48,676 bases of DNA from a virus (taxonomy: Duplodnaviria; Caudoviricetes), in IMG/VR virus record IMGVR_UViG_3300048579_000428, positions 1 to 48,676 of that record. The stretch is one strand, 5' to 3'. The notes beneath the pieces are model-generated. The model did no database searches. It worked only from the letters and a program-made list of their open reading frames with translations, and was not told the DNA's origin. Position numbers and translations under genes: made by a program. Shown here one piece after another: positions 25,251 through 35,014 of this stretch (positions are counted from its first letter, which is position 1; every line of letters begins with the position of its first letter).

Positions 25251-26254
25251 GGGAACACATAGATTTTTCTGTTTTCATTTCCACTGGTCCGCTCATCAGG
25301 CACTATGTAATCAGCCAGGCGGCCGGCAGCAAAGGCGGTTTTGTAATCATCGGTTGCAGTGGGATCTGAATTCAACTGTACTAATTCATACTGGGCCAGC
25401 TCCAGGAAGGATTTCCCTTCACCTTCCAGCTGGTCAATTTTCAGCTGCAGCATACTCATATCTTCCTGCTGCATGGAACGCGTATCTCCGGATGCAGTTG
25501 TCTTTTCACCCAGAATGGTAAAACCGTTATCGGAAAAGTTTACAGAAAAGTTCTTGGCTGCTTTCATCACGGAGTAATAAGCCAGTGATTTCTTCAGCAT
25601 CTGGATGCAGTTTTTCTCTTTATCGGTGGGTGCTCCATTATCCCGCAGATAGTCCAGCAAACTTTTTCCGATCGTATTTTCCAAATACAGCAGCTGCACG
25701 TCATTCATGATGTTGCGCATAATGAAAAAACAGCGCTGCGGCTGAAACATCGTGTACTCATCATTGAGCTCTGCACCGGTTTTGATCAGCAGCTTACTAA
25801 GCTTCTTGTAATTATCGCTGGCAGTCCAGTCCGCAAAATCGGCTTTGTTGGTAAACAGGTAACCCAGCAGCTGCTCCATACCATCCGTGGCCATGTTGGC
25901 CAGGGTATTCTTCAGCTCCTGGATCTCCCATGCGCGTACGGGTTCAGTGCCGCCCTGCTGGATCTTACGTGCGCCGCTGTCCTGCAGGGTGAGCACGAAT
26001 AACCCTACTTCATCCAGCGTGGCATAGGCGGCCGCTGCGAGCCGGATTTTTTTAACCAGCGAAAGCTGGGTGGCCGATAAAGTATTGGCCGCGTAGGCTG
26101 TCAGCAATGCCTGGTAAAGCGTATTGCCGATGATGGGGAGGATATATTTATTTTCTGCCCGGTCGATGTTGGGAAGCGTTGCGGTATTGGTTACTGTGCT
26201 GTAAAGCTTCGGCAGCACTTCCTTTAATTCACTCAGGTTTGTTAACAGTGGCAT
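25247..26254 (-). CDS. Putative head-tail adaptor (DUF6712-like)
   Basis: Two internally similar helical halves; directly downstream of portal. Confidence 0.55.
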   Translation of the reverse strand: MPLLTNLSELKEVLPKLYSTVTNTATLPNIDRAENKYILPIIGNTLYQALLTAYAANTLSATQLSLVKKIRLAAAAYATLDEVGLFVLTLQDSGARKIQQGGTEPVRAWEIQELKNTLANMATDGMEQLLGYLFTNKADFADWTASDNYKKLSKLLIKTGAELNDEYTMFQPQRCFFIMRNIMNDVQLLYLENTIGKSLLDYLRDNGAPTDKEKNCIQMLKKSLAYYSVMKAAKNFSVNFSDNGFTILGEKTTASGDTRSMQQEDMSMLQLKIDQLEGEGKSFLELAQYELVQLNSDPTATDDYKTAFAAGRLADYIVPDERTSGNENRKIYVFP

Positions 26255-27635
26255 TCGGATCAGGTTTTGCCCCATCGCCGGTTACGATTGGCTTGCTGCC
26301 GGCACCGGTGTCCAGGGTGGTTAATACAGTTGCGGGGATAATAAAGTCCAGACCAGGGATCCGCTTGTCCCAGCCGTTGAATTTTTTGGGTACATACAGC
26401 GCACGGCGTACATGCTGCCGCTCGAGCTCCATCATCACTACCTGCATCAGCCCGGCCTCACGAACTGAGGATCCGCCGCTTTCCTGCTGGTATAATCCTG
26501 CCTTCTGGTTACCTCCGAAAATTGAAGGATTGAAGTGCATGGCAAAAGCAATTTCGCTGTTTGCAGCGGCTGAATCCGGCAGCAACTTGCCGTCCTTCAT
26601 GGTATCATCCACCGGTTTGATTTCAATATCAGTTACCACATTTCCAGAGGCATCCCGGTACCCGGTTGTGAATATGCTTTTATAAGCATTATCGCCACCT
26701 ACCAGAAACTTTTCAATGTCCTCGTACACTTTGTTCTTCTTTTCCTTGATCTGCTTCTCGGTATATTTCTTCCAATCCGGGAAGGCTTTTTCCCAGTACT
26801 TTTCATAAATGATCACAACGTACTTTACGTGCATACTGTTCTGGAAGATGGCCGCTTTCATTTCCGGTACGCCCTGGGCAATCTTCACCCACTTCATCGC
26901 GGCATACCACAGCGGCATTGAGTAGTAATGCTTACCCCAGCCAGGATTCCGGAAAGTGAAAGCATACTCCCGGCCGCGGCCAGCTCTAACCTGCTTCTGC
27001 AGATCTGCATCCGGAGCGATAAAGGAAAGATGGGGGCGGGAGAAAAGGCGCTTATCGTCTAATCCACGGGCCAGGTTCCATTCTGCACACAGATATACAT
27101 CGCGGATGATACCCTGATCGTTTTTGCGGCTGAGGCGAACCTCCGACATATCGTCCCGCTGCATGGTAACAATCTGCGGATCCTTTTTCCGGTTCAGCCC
27201 GTAGCGTCCGGCTCCATTGCCAAGACCGAGCAGATCCAGCACCCAGCCCTGTGCCTGAAAGTTTACATTGTTGCCTTCCAGAAAGTCGTTGATCTCCGGA
27301 TCATCTACATAAGATTCAATGATCCGCTGACCAGAGCTTTTATCCAGCACGGTTTTTACAGCTACTAAACCATTATTGATTGCAAAGCGACTTTGTATAT
27401 CGATGATGGAATTAAGTATGCCACAAGTCTCAATGTCCTTGTACATTTCCATGGGCAGCAGGTTATTGCTTCCCCAGGGGGCCCAGGGCATGGCACCAAG
27501 CTTTTCAGTAGGAATGGTTGGCTTGATCCGGTTCTCGATCATATCTTCTACAGTGGCCACAGCCTCCATATCGATATAGCGGGCACCGGTGCGCTCGCTA
27601 TAGCCAATGCCTGATTTTATAACTACACTACCCAT
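26229..27635 (-). CDS. Portal protein
   Basis: 468 aa; PWGSNNLLP, YYSMPLW, IAFAMHFNPSIFG, SGGSSVREA motifs of Bacteroidota phage portals. Confidence 0.75.
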   Translation of the reverse strand: MGSVVIKSGIGYSERTGARYIDMEAVATVEDMIENRIKPTIPTEKLGAMPWAPWGSNNLLPMEMYKDIETCGILNSIIDIQSRFAINNGLVAVKTVLDKSSGQRIIESYVDDPEINDFLEGNNVNFQAQGWVLDLLGLGNGAGRYGLNRKKDPQIVTMQRDDMSEVRLSRKNDQGIIRDVYLCAEWNLARGLDDKRLFSRPHLSFIAPDADLQKQVRAGRGREYAFTFRNPGWGKHYYSMPLWYAAMKWVKIAQGVPEMKAAIFQNSMHVKYVVIIYEKYWEKAFPDWKKYTEKQIKEKKNKVYEDIEKFLVGGDNAYKSIFTTGYRDASGNVVTDIEIKPVDDTMKDGKLLPDSAAANSEIAFAMHFNPSIFGGNQKAGLYQQESGGSSVREAGLMQVVMMELERQHVRRALYVPKKFNGWDKRIPGLDFIIPATVLTTLDTGAGSKPIVTGDGAKPDPNATVNKPE

Positions 27636-27963
27636 TGAGTACGGTTTTTTGATTAAAGGAAATGATCAGCCGGAAGTGTACCGTAATTGGGTGTTGGCTC
27701 CGATCGGCCGGGTCGAAGATCCGGAAGGTCCTGTTGTTCCAGTTGTTGCTGTCGCGATCGCGGCGATACTTCGGGGCAAAGGATCCAGGAATCTTTTCAT
27801 TGGGAAGATCTTCCCGCAGTTTCATCCACTTCTTTACAGACTTCAGATCCCCACCGGTGCCCCGGCGCCGGTCGGCAAGCACGAAATCCATGTCGAATGG
27901 CTGACCACTCAGTACCAGCTTCATGGCTTCACTCCGCAGGATTACATTACCGGTTACTTCCAT
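27628..27963 (-). CDS. Small basic protein upstream of portal
   Basis: 111 aa, directly after a late-promoter motif. Confidence 0.7.
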   Translation of the reverse strand: MEVTGNVILRSEAMKLVLSGQPFDMDFVLADRRRGTGGDLKSVKKWMKLREDLPNEKIPGSFAPKYRRDRDSNNWNNRTFRIFDPADRSQHPITVHFRLIISFNQKTVLNG

Positions 27964-27967
27964 GCAG

Positions 27968-28006
27968 GAAAATTACCCCAGCGGGGCGGGGCGGGAAAGG
28001 ACAGAC
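27968..28006 (-). promoter_or_regulatory. Putative late promoter copy 2
   Basis: GTCTGTCCTTTCCC-N17-TAATTTTC-N4-ATG. Confidence 0.7.
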
Positions 28007-28080
28007 AGGCACTAAATACAACACCCCGTGGAAACGGGGTGAGGATGAAAAATATAACAAAAAAATTCTCTATGAGAATT

Positions 28081-28119
28081 CGAAAATAAATAGAAGGTAT
28101 TTACGGGGAAAGGACAGAC
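28081..28119 (-). promoter_or_regulatory. Putative late promoter copy 3 (upstream of candidate sRNA)
   Basis: GTCTGTCCTTTCCC-N17-TATTTTCG. Confidence 0.65.
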
Positions 28120-28244
28120 ATTAAAAAAGGGCCCACAAAAGGCCCTTTCCAATTAAAGTCTGTAACTGTCAGCAAAATGGGATCTGATGTAGGAGTCAGA
28201 TTTACAGCCCCGGGTTCAGTCCTGGGGCTTTTTCTTAAATAAAG

Positions 28245-28547
28245 TTACTTCTTTTTTGCCAAATATTTTTCTACAATGTACTCCGGCCCTTGGGTTTTGG
28301 CTGCAGCTGAGGATCCCAGGGCGAAGCGTACCGCCGCCACCAGGTCTTTCTGCGTGTAGGAACACTGATCCTGTCGCCATCCGGATTTCTGCAGCAGCTT
28401 GATCTTAGTATCCGTGCTGATGCCGGCACCGGTGGCCAGCTTAAACCGTAGCGACCGGACAGCGGACGAGGTAACTCCCAGCTGATGATGCACGCCACGG
28501 GTGGCCAGCAGATCCTTAAAGGCTTTGTTGATGTCGTCAGTGTTCAT
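28245..28547 (-). CDS. Small basic putative HTH regulator
   Basis: VHHQLGVTSSAVRSLR HTH-like; palindromic operator just upstream. Confidence 0.55.
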   Translation of the reverse strand: MNTDDINKAFKDLLATRGVHHQLGVTSSAVRSLRFKLATGAGISTDTKIKLLQKSGWRQDQCSYTQKDLVAAVRFALGSSAAAKTQGPEYIVEKYLAKKK

Positions 28548-28551
28548 GCTG

Positions 28552-28582
28552 TAAATATAAAACGTTCCTAATTAGAAACGAA
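28552..28582 (-). promoter_or_regulatory. Promoter with palindromic operator, second copy
   Basis: AACGTTCCTAATTAGAAACGAA next to -7-like TATATTTA. Confidence 0.65.
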
Positions 28583-28589
28583 ATTATAT

Positions 28590-29219
28590 TTAATCATACC
28601 CATAAATGTAATCGTCTTTATAGTCAATGACATCATAATAAGTATACTCACTGTATTCTGTCCACTTAAATGTAACTCTAGCGAACCTAAGAGCAGTCAT
28701 GGCGTCTTTTATAGCGATATACGAATCCCGTATGCCTCTATTGGATACGAAAGGATGACCAATTAACGTAAGATTCCTAGATCCAGGAGAGTACTGAACT
28801 TTAATATCTTCCACCCAAAGTTTCTCTTTTGCATTTTCAAAATAATCATTCCTGGCTTCTTTAAATACCCTGATCTGGGTATTTCTGATCATCCTGATTA
28901 AACTGTCAGCTTTCTTCTTTAGCAGGCTATTCTTTGCAATACTGTCTTTTAATTCAGCTACAGCCATCGAATAACGAAGAGCCTCGGTTTTAAAAGTATT
29001 CATCAATTCTACATTCCGGCTACCTGCAAATACTTTATCATAATTTCTCCAGTCATATATCCTGCTATTCAAAGTTTCTAAAGCACTGAACTTTAGATCA
29101 GCATCAATTTTAGATTCTATATTATCTTTTGATGGATCAACATCAGCACTACTTTTATTGGTAGTTGAATTACAAGAATAAAGAATAACAACCGGGATGA
29201 TGAGTTTGAAAAGTTTCAT
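28590..29219 (-). CDS. AT-rich lipoprotein (moron)
   Basis: MKLFKLIIPVVILYS-C lipobox; lower GC than the flanking tape measure gene. Confidence 0.75.
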   Translation of the reverse strand: MKLFKLIIPVVILYSCNSTTNKSSADVDPSKDNIESKIDADLKFSALETLNSRIYDWRNYDKVFAGSRNVELMNTFKTEALRYSMAVAELKDSIAKNSLLKKKADSLIRMIRNTQIRVFKEARNDYFENAKEKLWVEDIKVQYSPGSRNLTLIGHPFVSNRGIRDSYIAIKDAMTALRFARVTFKWTEYSEYTYYDVIDYKDDYIYGYD

Positions 29220-29255
29220 AAAAAATGGTTTAAAAATAATTCTCAATATAGGAAA

Positions 29256-32200
29256 TTATCCTTTTATCCTAGCATCTTCCCGGATCGCGTCCAGCCGCTG
29301 CTGGGCCTTTTCATTTTCGGTTACCAGTGTGTAGGCCATAATGCCGTTTTGCTCAATTGCGCTCAGCTGAACGTTTAGTCTCTCAATACTGGCAATCAGC
29401 ATCCCCATCATCCTTTCATTATCCGCATTCGAACCTGCAGCCGTGGTATTCGTATTCTGAAACTTACCTCCTGCAGCAAAGTACTTATTGATAGCGGCAA
29501 AATTCATTGCAGCCGGCTGTCGTTTACTCCAGATGGGTACCAGCCTGGCTGATCTATCCCATACCCGGCCACCGTGCATACCGTTCAGCGTACTTGCAAT
29601 TTCAGAAGGGGTACCGGTCAGACTATACCGGCGACGATCACCCATGGTAAAGCGATTTATGATGCCTTCATCTTTCTCGATATTACCGATCACACGGCCG
29701 CTTCCATCAAGAATAGGGTTCCCTCCCTGGCTGTGGTAACGACCATCCAGTTTACCTCCGGATCCATACTGCGGGGCCTTTGTGCTGACAATGGTGGCCA
29801 GCTGAGTAAGCCCGGTAAGTATAGTAAGTCCCATGGCAGCAATACCCAGGTAGTTAGGCGGAATTGGTGGACCAAACTTTTGCAAGGTAGTAGTAACGGC
29901 GCCCGCATTATTCAGTAAAGCGGCTACAAATTGTGCACGCTTATCACGTTCGAATTGGCGGCGGCGGAACTGAAGTTCTTTACGCTCACGTTCACGATCC
30001 ATTTTTTCGACCTCACGATTATATTGAATCTGTGTTATGGTACCAGCCTTCAAGCGTTCATCCAACTTTCTTTTCTTAGAATCATTGATGCGCTTGTCAC
30101 TCTCCAATTCAGCATTCTCGCGCCGGGTCTGGTTATCAGATAAAATCTTATCGATGTCAGCAATACCTTGCAAAAAGTATGCGGCCATCTGTATTCTATT
30201 AACCTGGAAATCTATTTCTGCAGCCAGTCTTTTTTGCCGGTACTTCTCTTCAATTAATAGTTTCTCATTTTCGGTTAGGTCTTTTGCATTTAGCTCTGCC
30301 TGCTCCTGTTGTTTCAAAAGTTCAAGCTGTGCCTCTAATCTTTTTTTCCCGTTAGCCTGAAGGACTGCAAGCTCTTTACCAGCAAAACGGTTGCGATCGA
30401 ACCGATCAAACCGCTTTTCCATTTCTGCGGAAATACGATCCTCTATTTTCTTTAGCGCCTCGAGGTTCTTTTTAAAAGCCTCATCTGCTTTCTTCTGTAC
30501 ATCGATGGAAGATTTCTGCCAGGCATCCACTTCCCGGCGTGCATATTCCTGAATGATGGCCACTCTGCTTTTGGCATATAGTTCATCAATAACGATAAGC
30601 AATTTTGCATTCCCTTTTGCACGTTCACGCAAAGCCGCAAATTTTATATCGAGTTCTTTTAAATCCTGCTGCAGCGGAGACATCTGGGATAGGGTTAATC
30701 CATCGCGGATTTTCTGCAGATCCTTCAGCAGATCTGCCAGGTCTTTCTTGGCCTTATCTGCGGCACTGGATCCACCGCCGGCGCCACCACCACCGGTGGG
30801 GCCACCTTTGGGGCCGCCATTGATGATAGCGTCCTGTATACTTCCATCTTTTTCTATTTTAGCATACAGTGCATTGAGATCTGTATCTAGTCCTGATAAT
30901 TCATTTCGTAAATCACGGATCTGCTGGCCACCGGTGCCTTTCCCTAATCCCATGGCAGCACCTACATTTTTTATAAAAGCTCCGGCGCCGGTTTCATTTT
31001 TTACATCGAACCCGGCATTGAGTACATCGAGTTCAGTTTCTATCTGGATCTTCCTTTTCTCTTTTTCTTTGGAGAGGTCCGCAACTGCTTTTGCTTTGGC
31101 TGATCTTTTCAGCGACTCAATGTATAGGTTTATCAAGTTGGTTCCTTCCTGTGTGGCAATGTTCTCCAGGGTAAGTGCATTCAGGTATCCACCACTGGCT
31201 TCCTTTACTTCATTCAATGCTTTTTTCCTGGTCTCCAGACTGATATTCTCATTCTTAGCCAGCTCAATTTTTTGTTTGATGGTCGCAATCTGATCTGCAT
31301 AAATATTTGCAGCGGCCTTTTCTATTTCTGCATTTAACCGCTGCTCTGCAGTCAGGCTTTTAGTGGTTCCTAAAAGCCCTTTTAACAACAGGGCGAATGC
31401 CCCTACTACTACCAGGATCGCGCCGATCGTGCCGGCACTGGTTGCCATTGCTGCCCGCCAAAGGATTTGTGCACCAGCTGCAGCTGATAGCCGGCCGGTG
31501 GCCACCAGCAAAATCACATTGTATGCAATGATGGCTCCTTGCTGTATACCCACAGCTGCTGTAGTGGCCCGGGTGGCCAGTGCAGTTAATACCTGCTGCA
31601 CGCGGAAGTAAATGGCGGATGCTCCGGCGACCAGGTAAGACTGATTCAGTAAGAGGATCCCGGCGACCAGGGTAAGTAACGCAAAGCGATTCTCCCGGAT
31701 GAACTGAGGAATATCTTTAAGCACCTGGATAAATCGACGGAAAATATTGATTGTAGCTTCACCGGCCCGTTGAAAGGTTTCTGATTGGAAAATTCCAGCG
31801 ATCTCTTTTTTTAGTTTCTCATAATTAGCCGCGGCATTGGTGTTTTTCTTATTGAACTCGTCCATGATGGATGAGTTACTGCTGATTGCTTTATTGGCAA
31901 TATTCTGCTGCTCTCTTACTGTGCCGATATTATTGGCCAGCGTAAGCATAACATTGCTTCCCCTTGCGCCATCGATGCCCAGTTCTTTCAACCGGTTGAT
32001 AAATGCTCCGGCCTCCGGATTAGCTTCTTTTAATCGCTGAAGCCATTGCAGGAATCCTTCGTTTGTTCCCTGGGATCCGATCAGCCCGGCCAGTTCGCCT
32101 TTTGCAAAGCCGGCAGCTTTACCAAACTTATCGGAGTTTGAAATGAAATCAAGGAAAAAAGTATTCAGGGCGGTGGCGGATACCTCGGTGGTCTGGCCTG

Positions 32201-33134
32201 CCTGCTCCAGGGCAGAAGAATAGCCCAGGATATCAGCTGCTGCAATTTTTACTGTAGAGGCCACCCCACCGGTACGCTTGATAAAATCGACTGAGAATGC
32301 TTCTGATGCAGAAGAGCTGGCACCAATTTCATTGATAGCGCTGGCCATGTTCAGCATTTCTACGCCGAAAATCTTAGAGGTTTTCGCTATGTCAAGAATG
32401 GCTTCCTCTCCAAGATCTTCTTTAAGGGCCACACGTATTTTATCAGCAGCATCTACAAACTTCAGTATCTCAGGGGCTGATTCAAAACCAAGTTTTCCAG
32501 CTTCTGCAGCCAACTTGCGAAGATCAGCCCGGCTGGTACGGGTATCAATTTTACCTAGCTCTTTATTTAACTCCCTCACCTGGGAATTGGTCAGCCCGGT
32601 AGTCTTCTCGATATCACTCAGCTCGTCAGCAATCTTAGCAGATCCGGTTACAATTCCAGTTACATAACCCAGAACGGTCTGCAGGGCAGACTGCAGGGTA
32701 TTACCAATGATCACACCAACAGCAACGGTCTTTGCTTCCTGCCAGAAGCTTTTCCAGGCAGCGGAAAGCAACCCGACTTTCCCGCGTTGCGCTTCCAGCT
32801 CTACGGTAGCCTTACGGTACTGGGCTACTTTCTGATCATATCCAGCATCGCTTTCACTCATCCGGGCCAGATCATTACGGAGACGCGCCACAGTGGCCTG
32901 TACGTCCTTCAGAGAAGGCTCCAGTTCTCCCGATACTTTTTTAGCGGCACGAGAGATCGGCTCCTGGAGGGCGGTGATTTGATTCCTGAGCGACTCTATG
33001 CGCTTTGGATTGGTAGTCTCGGCCAGTTCGGCATTCAGTTCCTTTTCCTTTTTGATCAGCTGATCATAGGCCCGTTGCGCCTGGCCTGCCTCGACATATA
33101 TACTGACATTCCTGCTGACGATATCTTTTGCCAT
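29256..33134 (-). CDS. Tail tape measure protein
   Basis: 1292 aa, Ala-rich coiled coil, TP901-like core, hydrophobic segments. Confidence 0.93.
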   Translation of the reverse strand: MAKDIVSRNVSIYVEAGQAQRAYDQLIKKEKELNAELAETTNPKRIESLRNQITALQEPISRAAKKVSGELEPSLKDVQATVARLRNDLARMSESDAGYDQKVAQYRKATVELEAQRGKVGLLSAAWKSFWQEAKTVAVGVIIGNTLQSALQTVLGYVTGIVTGSAKIADELSDIEKTTGLTNSQVRELNKELGKIDTRTSRADLRKLAAEAGKLGFESAPEILKFVDAADKIRVALKEDLGEEAILDIAKTSKIFGVEMLNMASAINEIGASSSASEAFSVDFIKRTGGVASTVKIAAADILGYSSALEQAGQTTEVSATALNTFFLDFISNSDKFGKAAGFAKGELAGLIGSQGTNEGFLQWLQRLKEANPEAGAFINRLKELGIDGARGSNVMLTLANNIGTVREQQNIANKAISSNSSIMDEFNKKNTNAAANYEKLKKEIAGIFQSETFQRAGEATINIFRRFIQVLKDIPQFIRENRFALLTLVAGILLLNQSYLVAGASAIYFRVQQVLTALATRATTAAVGIQQGAIIAYNVILLVATGRLSAAAGAQILWRAAMATSAGTIGAILVVVGAFALLLKGLLGTTKSLTAEQRLNAEIEKAAANIYADQIATIKQKIELAKNENISLETRKKALNEVKEASGGYLNALTLENIATQEGTNLINLYIESLKRSAKAKAVADLSKEKEKRKIQIETELDVLNAGFDVKNETGAGAFIKNVGAAMGLGKGTGGQQIRDLRNELSGLDTDLNALYAKIEKDGSIQDAIINGGPKGGPTGGGGAGGGSSAADKAKKDLADLLKDLQKIRDGLTLSQMSPLQQDLKELDIKFAALRERAKGNAKLLIVIDELYAKSRVAIIQEYARREVDAWQKSSIDVQKKADEAFKKNLEALKKIEDRISAEMEKRFDRFDRNRFAGKELAVLQANGKKRLEAQLELLKQQEQAELNAKDLTENEKLLIEEKYRQKRLAAEIDFQVNRIQMAAYFLQGIADIDKILSDNQTRRENAELESDKRINDSKKRKLDERLKAGTITQIQYNREVEKMDRERERKELQFRRRQFERDKRAQFVAALLNNAGAVTTTLQKFGPPIPPNYLGIAAMGLTILTGLTQLATIVSTKAPQYGSGGKLDGRYHSQGGNPILDGSGRVIGNIEKDEGIINRFTMGDRRRYSLTGTPSEIASTLNGMHGGRVWDRSARLVPIWSKRQPAAMNFAAINKYFAAGGKFQNTNTTAAGSNADNERMMGMLIASIERLNVQLSAIEQNGIMAYTLVTENEKAQQRLDAIREDARIKG

Positions 33135-33143
33135 GTGCTATAG

Positions 33144-33590
33144 TTATTTTACCGAAATGAATCCTACCAGGGCATCACCGAGCTCTTCTGCGGCAATGGT
33201 AGCCAGTCGCTCAATTCCCTCCGGAGCGTCCAGGGAATCGTTGATGAAAGGCTTTGCTGTCCGACCACCGGTGCCCATTTTACCTTTACTTATTTCTGAA
33301 GTTTTCTGCTTCTTGCCGTACTTATCAATCCAGGTACTGCCTACATTTCCTCCACGGCCCTTTCCGGCGCCTTTATGAACCCATACGAGCGTGCGGGGGA
33401 AAACCTTGCTGATCTTTACGATCGCGCCGTCCTCGGTTACCAGCCGGCTCTTGAAGCTGCTCATCGATGGCCGGAGGCTCGGGGAATTCTTCCGGTGAGT
33501 AATTCCATACCCACCAGCCCGGCTCTTGACGTCCTGGTTGTTCTGCTGGTCCCATCGGGTGATTGCTTCGTTGTATTTATCCAGGTTCAT
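33144..33590 (-). CDS. Putative tail completion/neck protein
   Basis: Basic; VHKGAGKG and R.AKPFIN motifs; next to tape measure. Confidence 0.5.
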   Translation of the reverse strand: MNLDKYNEAITRWDQQNNQDVKSRAGGYGITHRKNSPSLRPSMSSFKSRLVTEDGAIVKISKVFPRTLVWVHKGAGKGRGGNVGSTWIDKYGKKQKTSEISKGKMGTGGRTAKPFINDSLDAPEGIERLATIAAEELGDALVGFISVK

Positions 33591-33599
33591 TTTTTCAAA

Positions 33600-33630
33600 A
33601 AAAAGTCCCGCCGATGGCGGCGAGACTTTT
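33600..33630. terminator. Hairpin terminator
   Basis: AAAAGTCCCGCCGATGGCGGCGAGACTTTT with A tract (U tract on minus strand). Confidence 0.55.
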
Positions 33631-33652
33631 CAGTTTTTATAAGGTATTAGTT

Positions 33653-33910
33653 TTACTCTTCTTTAATGGTGCGTGTGCGGTTATTGGATCCAGATCCACT
33701 TGTAACGGGTTCTTTCAGCTTCAGCAGATTACTTCCAGAGGCATAAGCTTTGTCAGCTGCAGCCAGGGTAATCAAACTGAGGGGGCCCATAAATCCGGCC
33801 CGCTCCTGTCCGGGGATCTTGGATCCGCCGGGGATATGTACTTTCCCATCTTTTTCCCGGAGCGCCTCATACTTGGCAGCTACTTCCGGATTTTTAAACA
33901 CTATACCCAT
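33653..33910 (-). CDS. Hypothetical structural-region protein
   Basis: 85-aa ORF after putative tail tube gene. Confidence 0.6.
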   Translation of the reverse strand: MGIVFKNPEVAAKYEALREKDGKVHIPGGSKIPGQERAGFMGPLSLITLAAADKAYASGSNLLKLKEPVTSGSGSNNRTRTIKEE

Positions 33911-33937
33911 GATCTTTTAAATTGAAATGAAAAATGA

Positions 33938-34483
33938 TTACTCGGCTGACATAGTCACCGCGTGCGCGTAGAAGTATTTCACTTTACAAGCCACGCTGAC
34001 TTTGTATTCCTTCTTCCCTTCCTTGGTGGTCTTACCGTCGAATTCCACTTTGAAAACAGGAGATACGCACTCGTCGCCTATCTGCACGTAGCTGTCTTCC
34101 TCCAGACAGGCAGCTTCTTTCAGCAGGCAGATGATATCATCATTGAGCACACGCTGCATTTGCTCCTGGGTAGATGCGGAGTCGCCCAACACCATGAACT
34201 CGCCTGTCCATTCGATCTCCTGTGCGCCATCTTCACCAACGGTGGCACCCTTCAGGGTAACGCTGTTGGTTTTGCAATCCCAGGAAAAGAATCCTTTGGG
34301 ATCTGTGAAAGTGTGCGCACCCTGCACATTCACGGTATCACCGGTGGCCACCGGCACATCCAGCGGTTTGCTGATAGCCAGGAAGTCGGCGCGAGGAGCG
34401 AAAAGGAAAACGTTTTTATAGCCACCGGAATAACTCCGGGGATTGGTGCTTTTGGTAATAGTACCGTAATTGATGTTAGCCAT
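33938..34483 (-). CDS. Putative major tail tube protein
   Basis: 181 aa, beta-rich, between capsid and tape measure; QIG...P and GKT motifs. Confidence 0.6.
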   Translation of the reverse strand: MANINYGTITKSTNPRSYSGGYKNVFLFAPRADFLAISKPLDVPVATGDTVNVQGAHTFTDPKGFFSWDCKTNSVTLKGATVGEDGAQEIEWTGEFMVLGDSASTQEQMQRVLNDDIICLLKEAACLEEDSYVQIGDECVSPVFKVEFDGKTTKEGKKEYKVSVACKVKYFYAHAVTMSAE

Positions 34484-34530
34484 TGAGGGTTAATTTTTAC
34501 AGGGTATTCAAATTGTTACCTGGTGATTGA

Positions 34531-34932
34531 TTACTTCACCGATTTGATCAGGCCAGATCCGGATTTCACCAGTACAGCCTGAGCACCGGCGTTAGCCAGC
34601 ACATCGTTGGCGGTCATTATACCGAAGCCGGGAATGTTGTAAGACGGAACCAGTATTTGGTACTTGGATCCACCTACTTCAAAAATTCCACCCACACCGG
34701 ATTCGGTTTCTTTCTCATCCGGAGTGGCGATCAGGCGAGCCACTTCTGCTTGCAGACTTGCATTCTGGCTAGCCAGTTCATCACGACCATTACTCACATC
34801 CTCAAGCGTAACCATCAGTGCTGCTTTTTCTTCGGTTAGTAAATCATTGGAAGACTGCAAGGCAGCGTTGGCGCTTTTCAGATCAGCGATTTCTTTATTT
34901 GCAGCATCCAGCTGCTGTTTCAGATCAGCCAT
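34531..34932 (-). CDS. Coiled-coil late protein
   Basis: N-terminal coiled coil, LVKSGSGLI C-terminus. Confidence 0.65.
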   Translation of the reverse strand: MADLKQQLDAANKEIADLKSANAALQSSNDLLTEEKAALMVTLEDVSNGRDELASQNASLQAEVARLIATPDEKETESGVGGIFEVGGSKYQILVPSYNIPGFGIMTANDVLANAGAQAVLVKSGSGLIKSVK

Positions 34933-35014
34933 TTTATTTGGGTTTTAATGAAGGACCAGCCATATACCCGGTTTTACGTGTTGGCCGGCCCTTCAGTTAT
35001 GTTGAATAAATCGA

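Noticed and set aside
33144-33910. Tail assembly chaperone frameshift pair upstream of tape measure
   Set aside because: The two ORFs are separated by a stop and a terminator hairpin; no convincing slippery site
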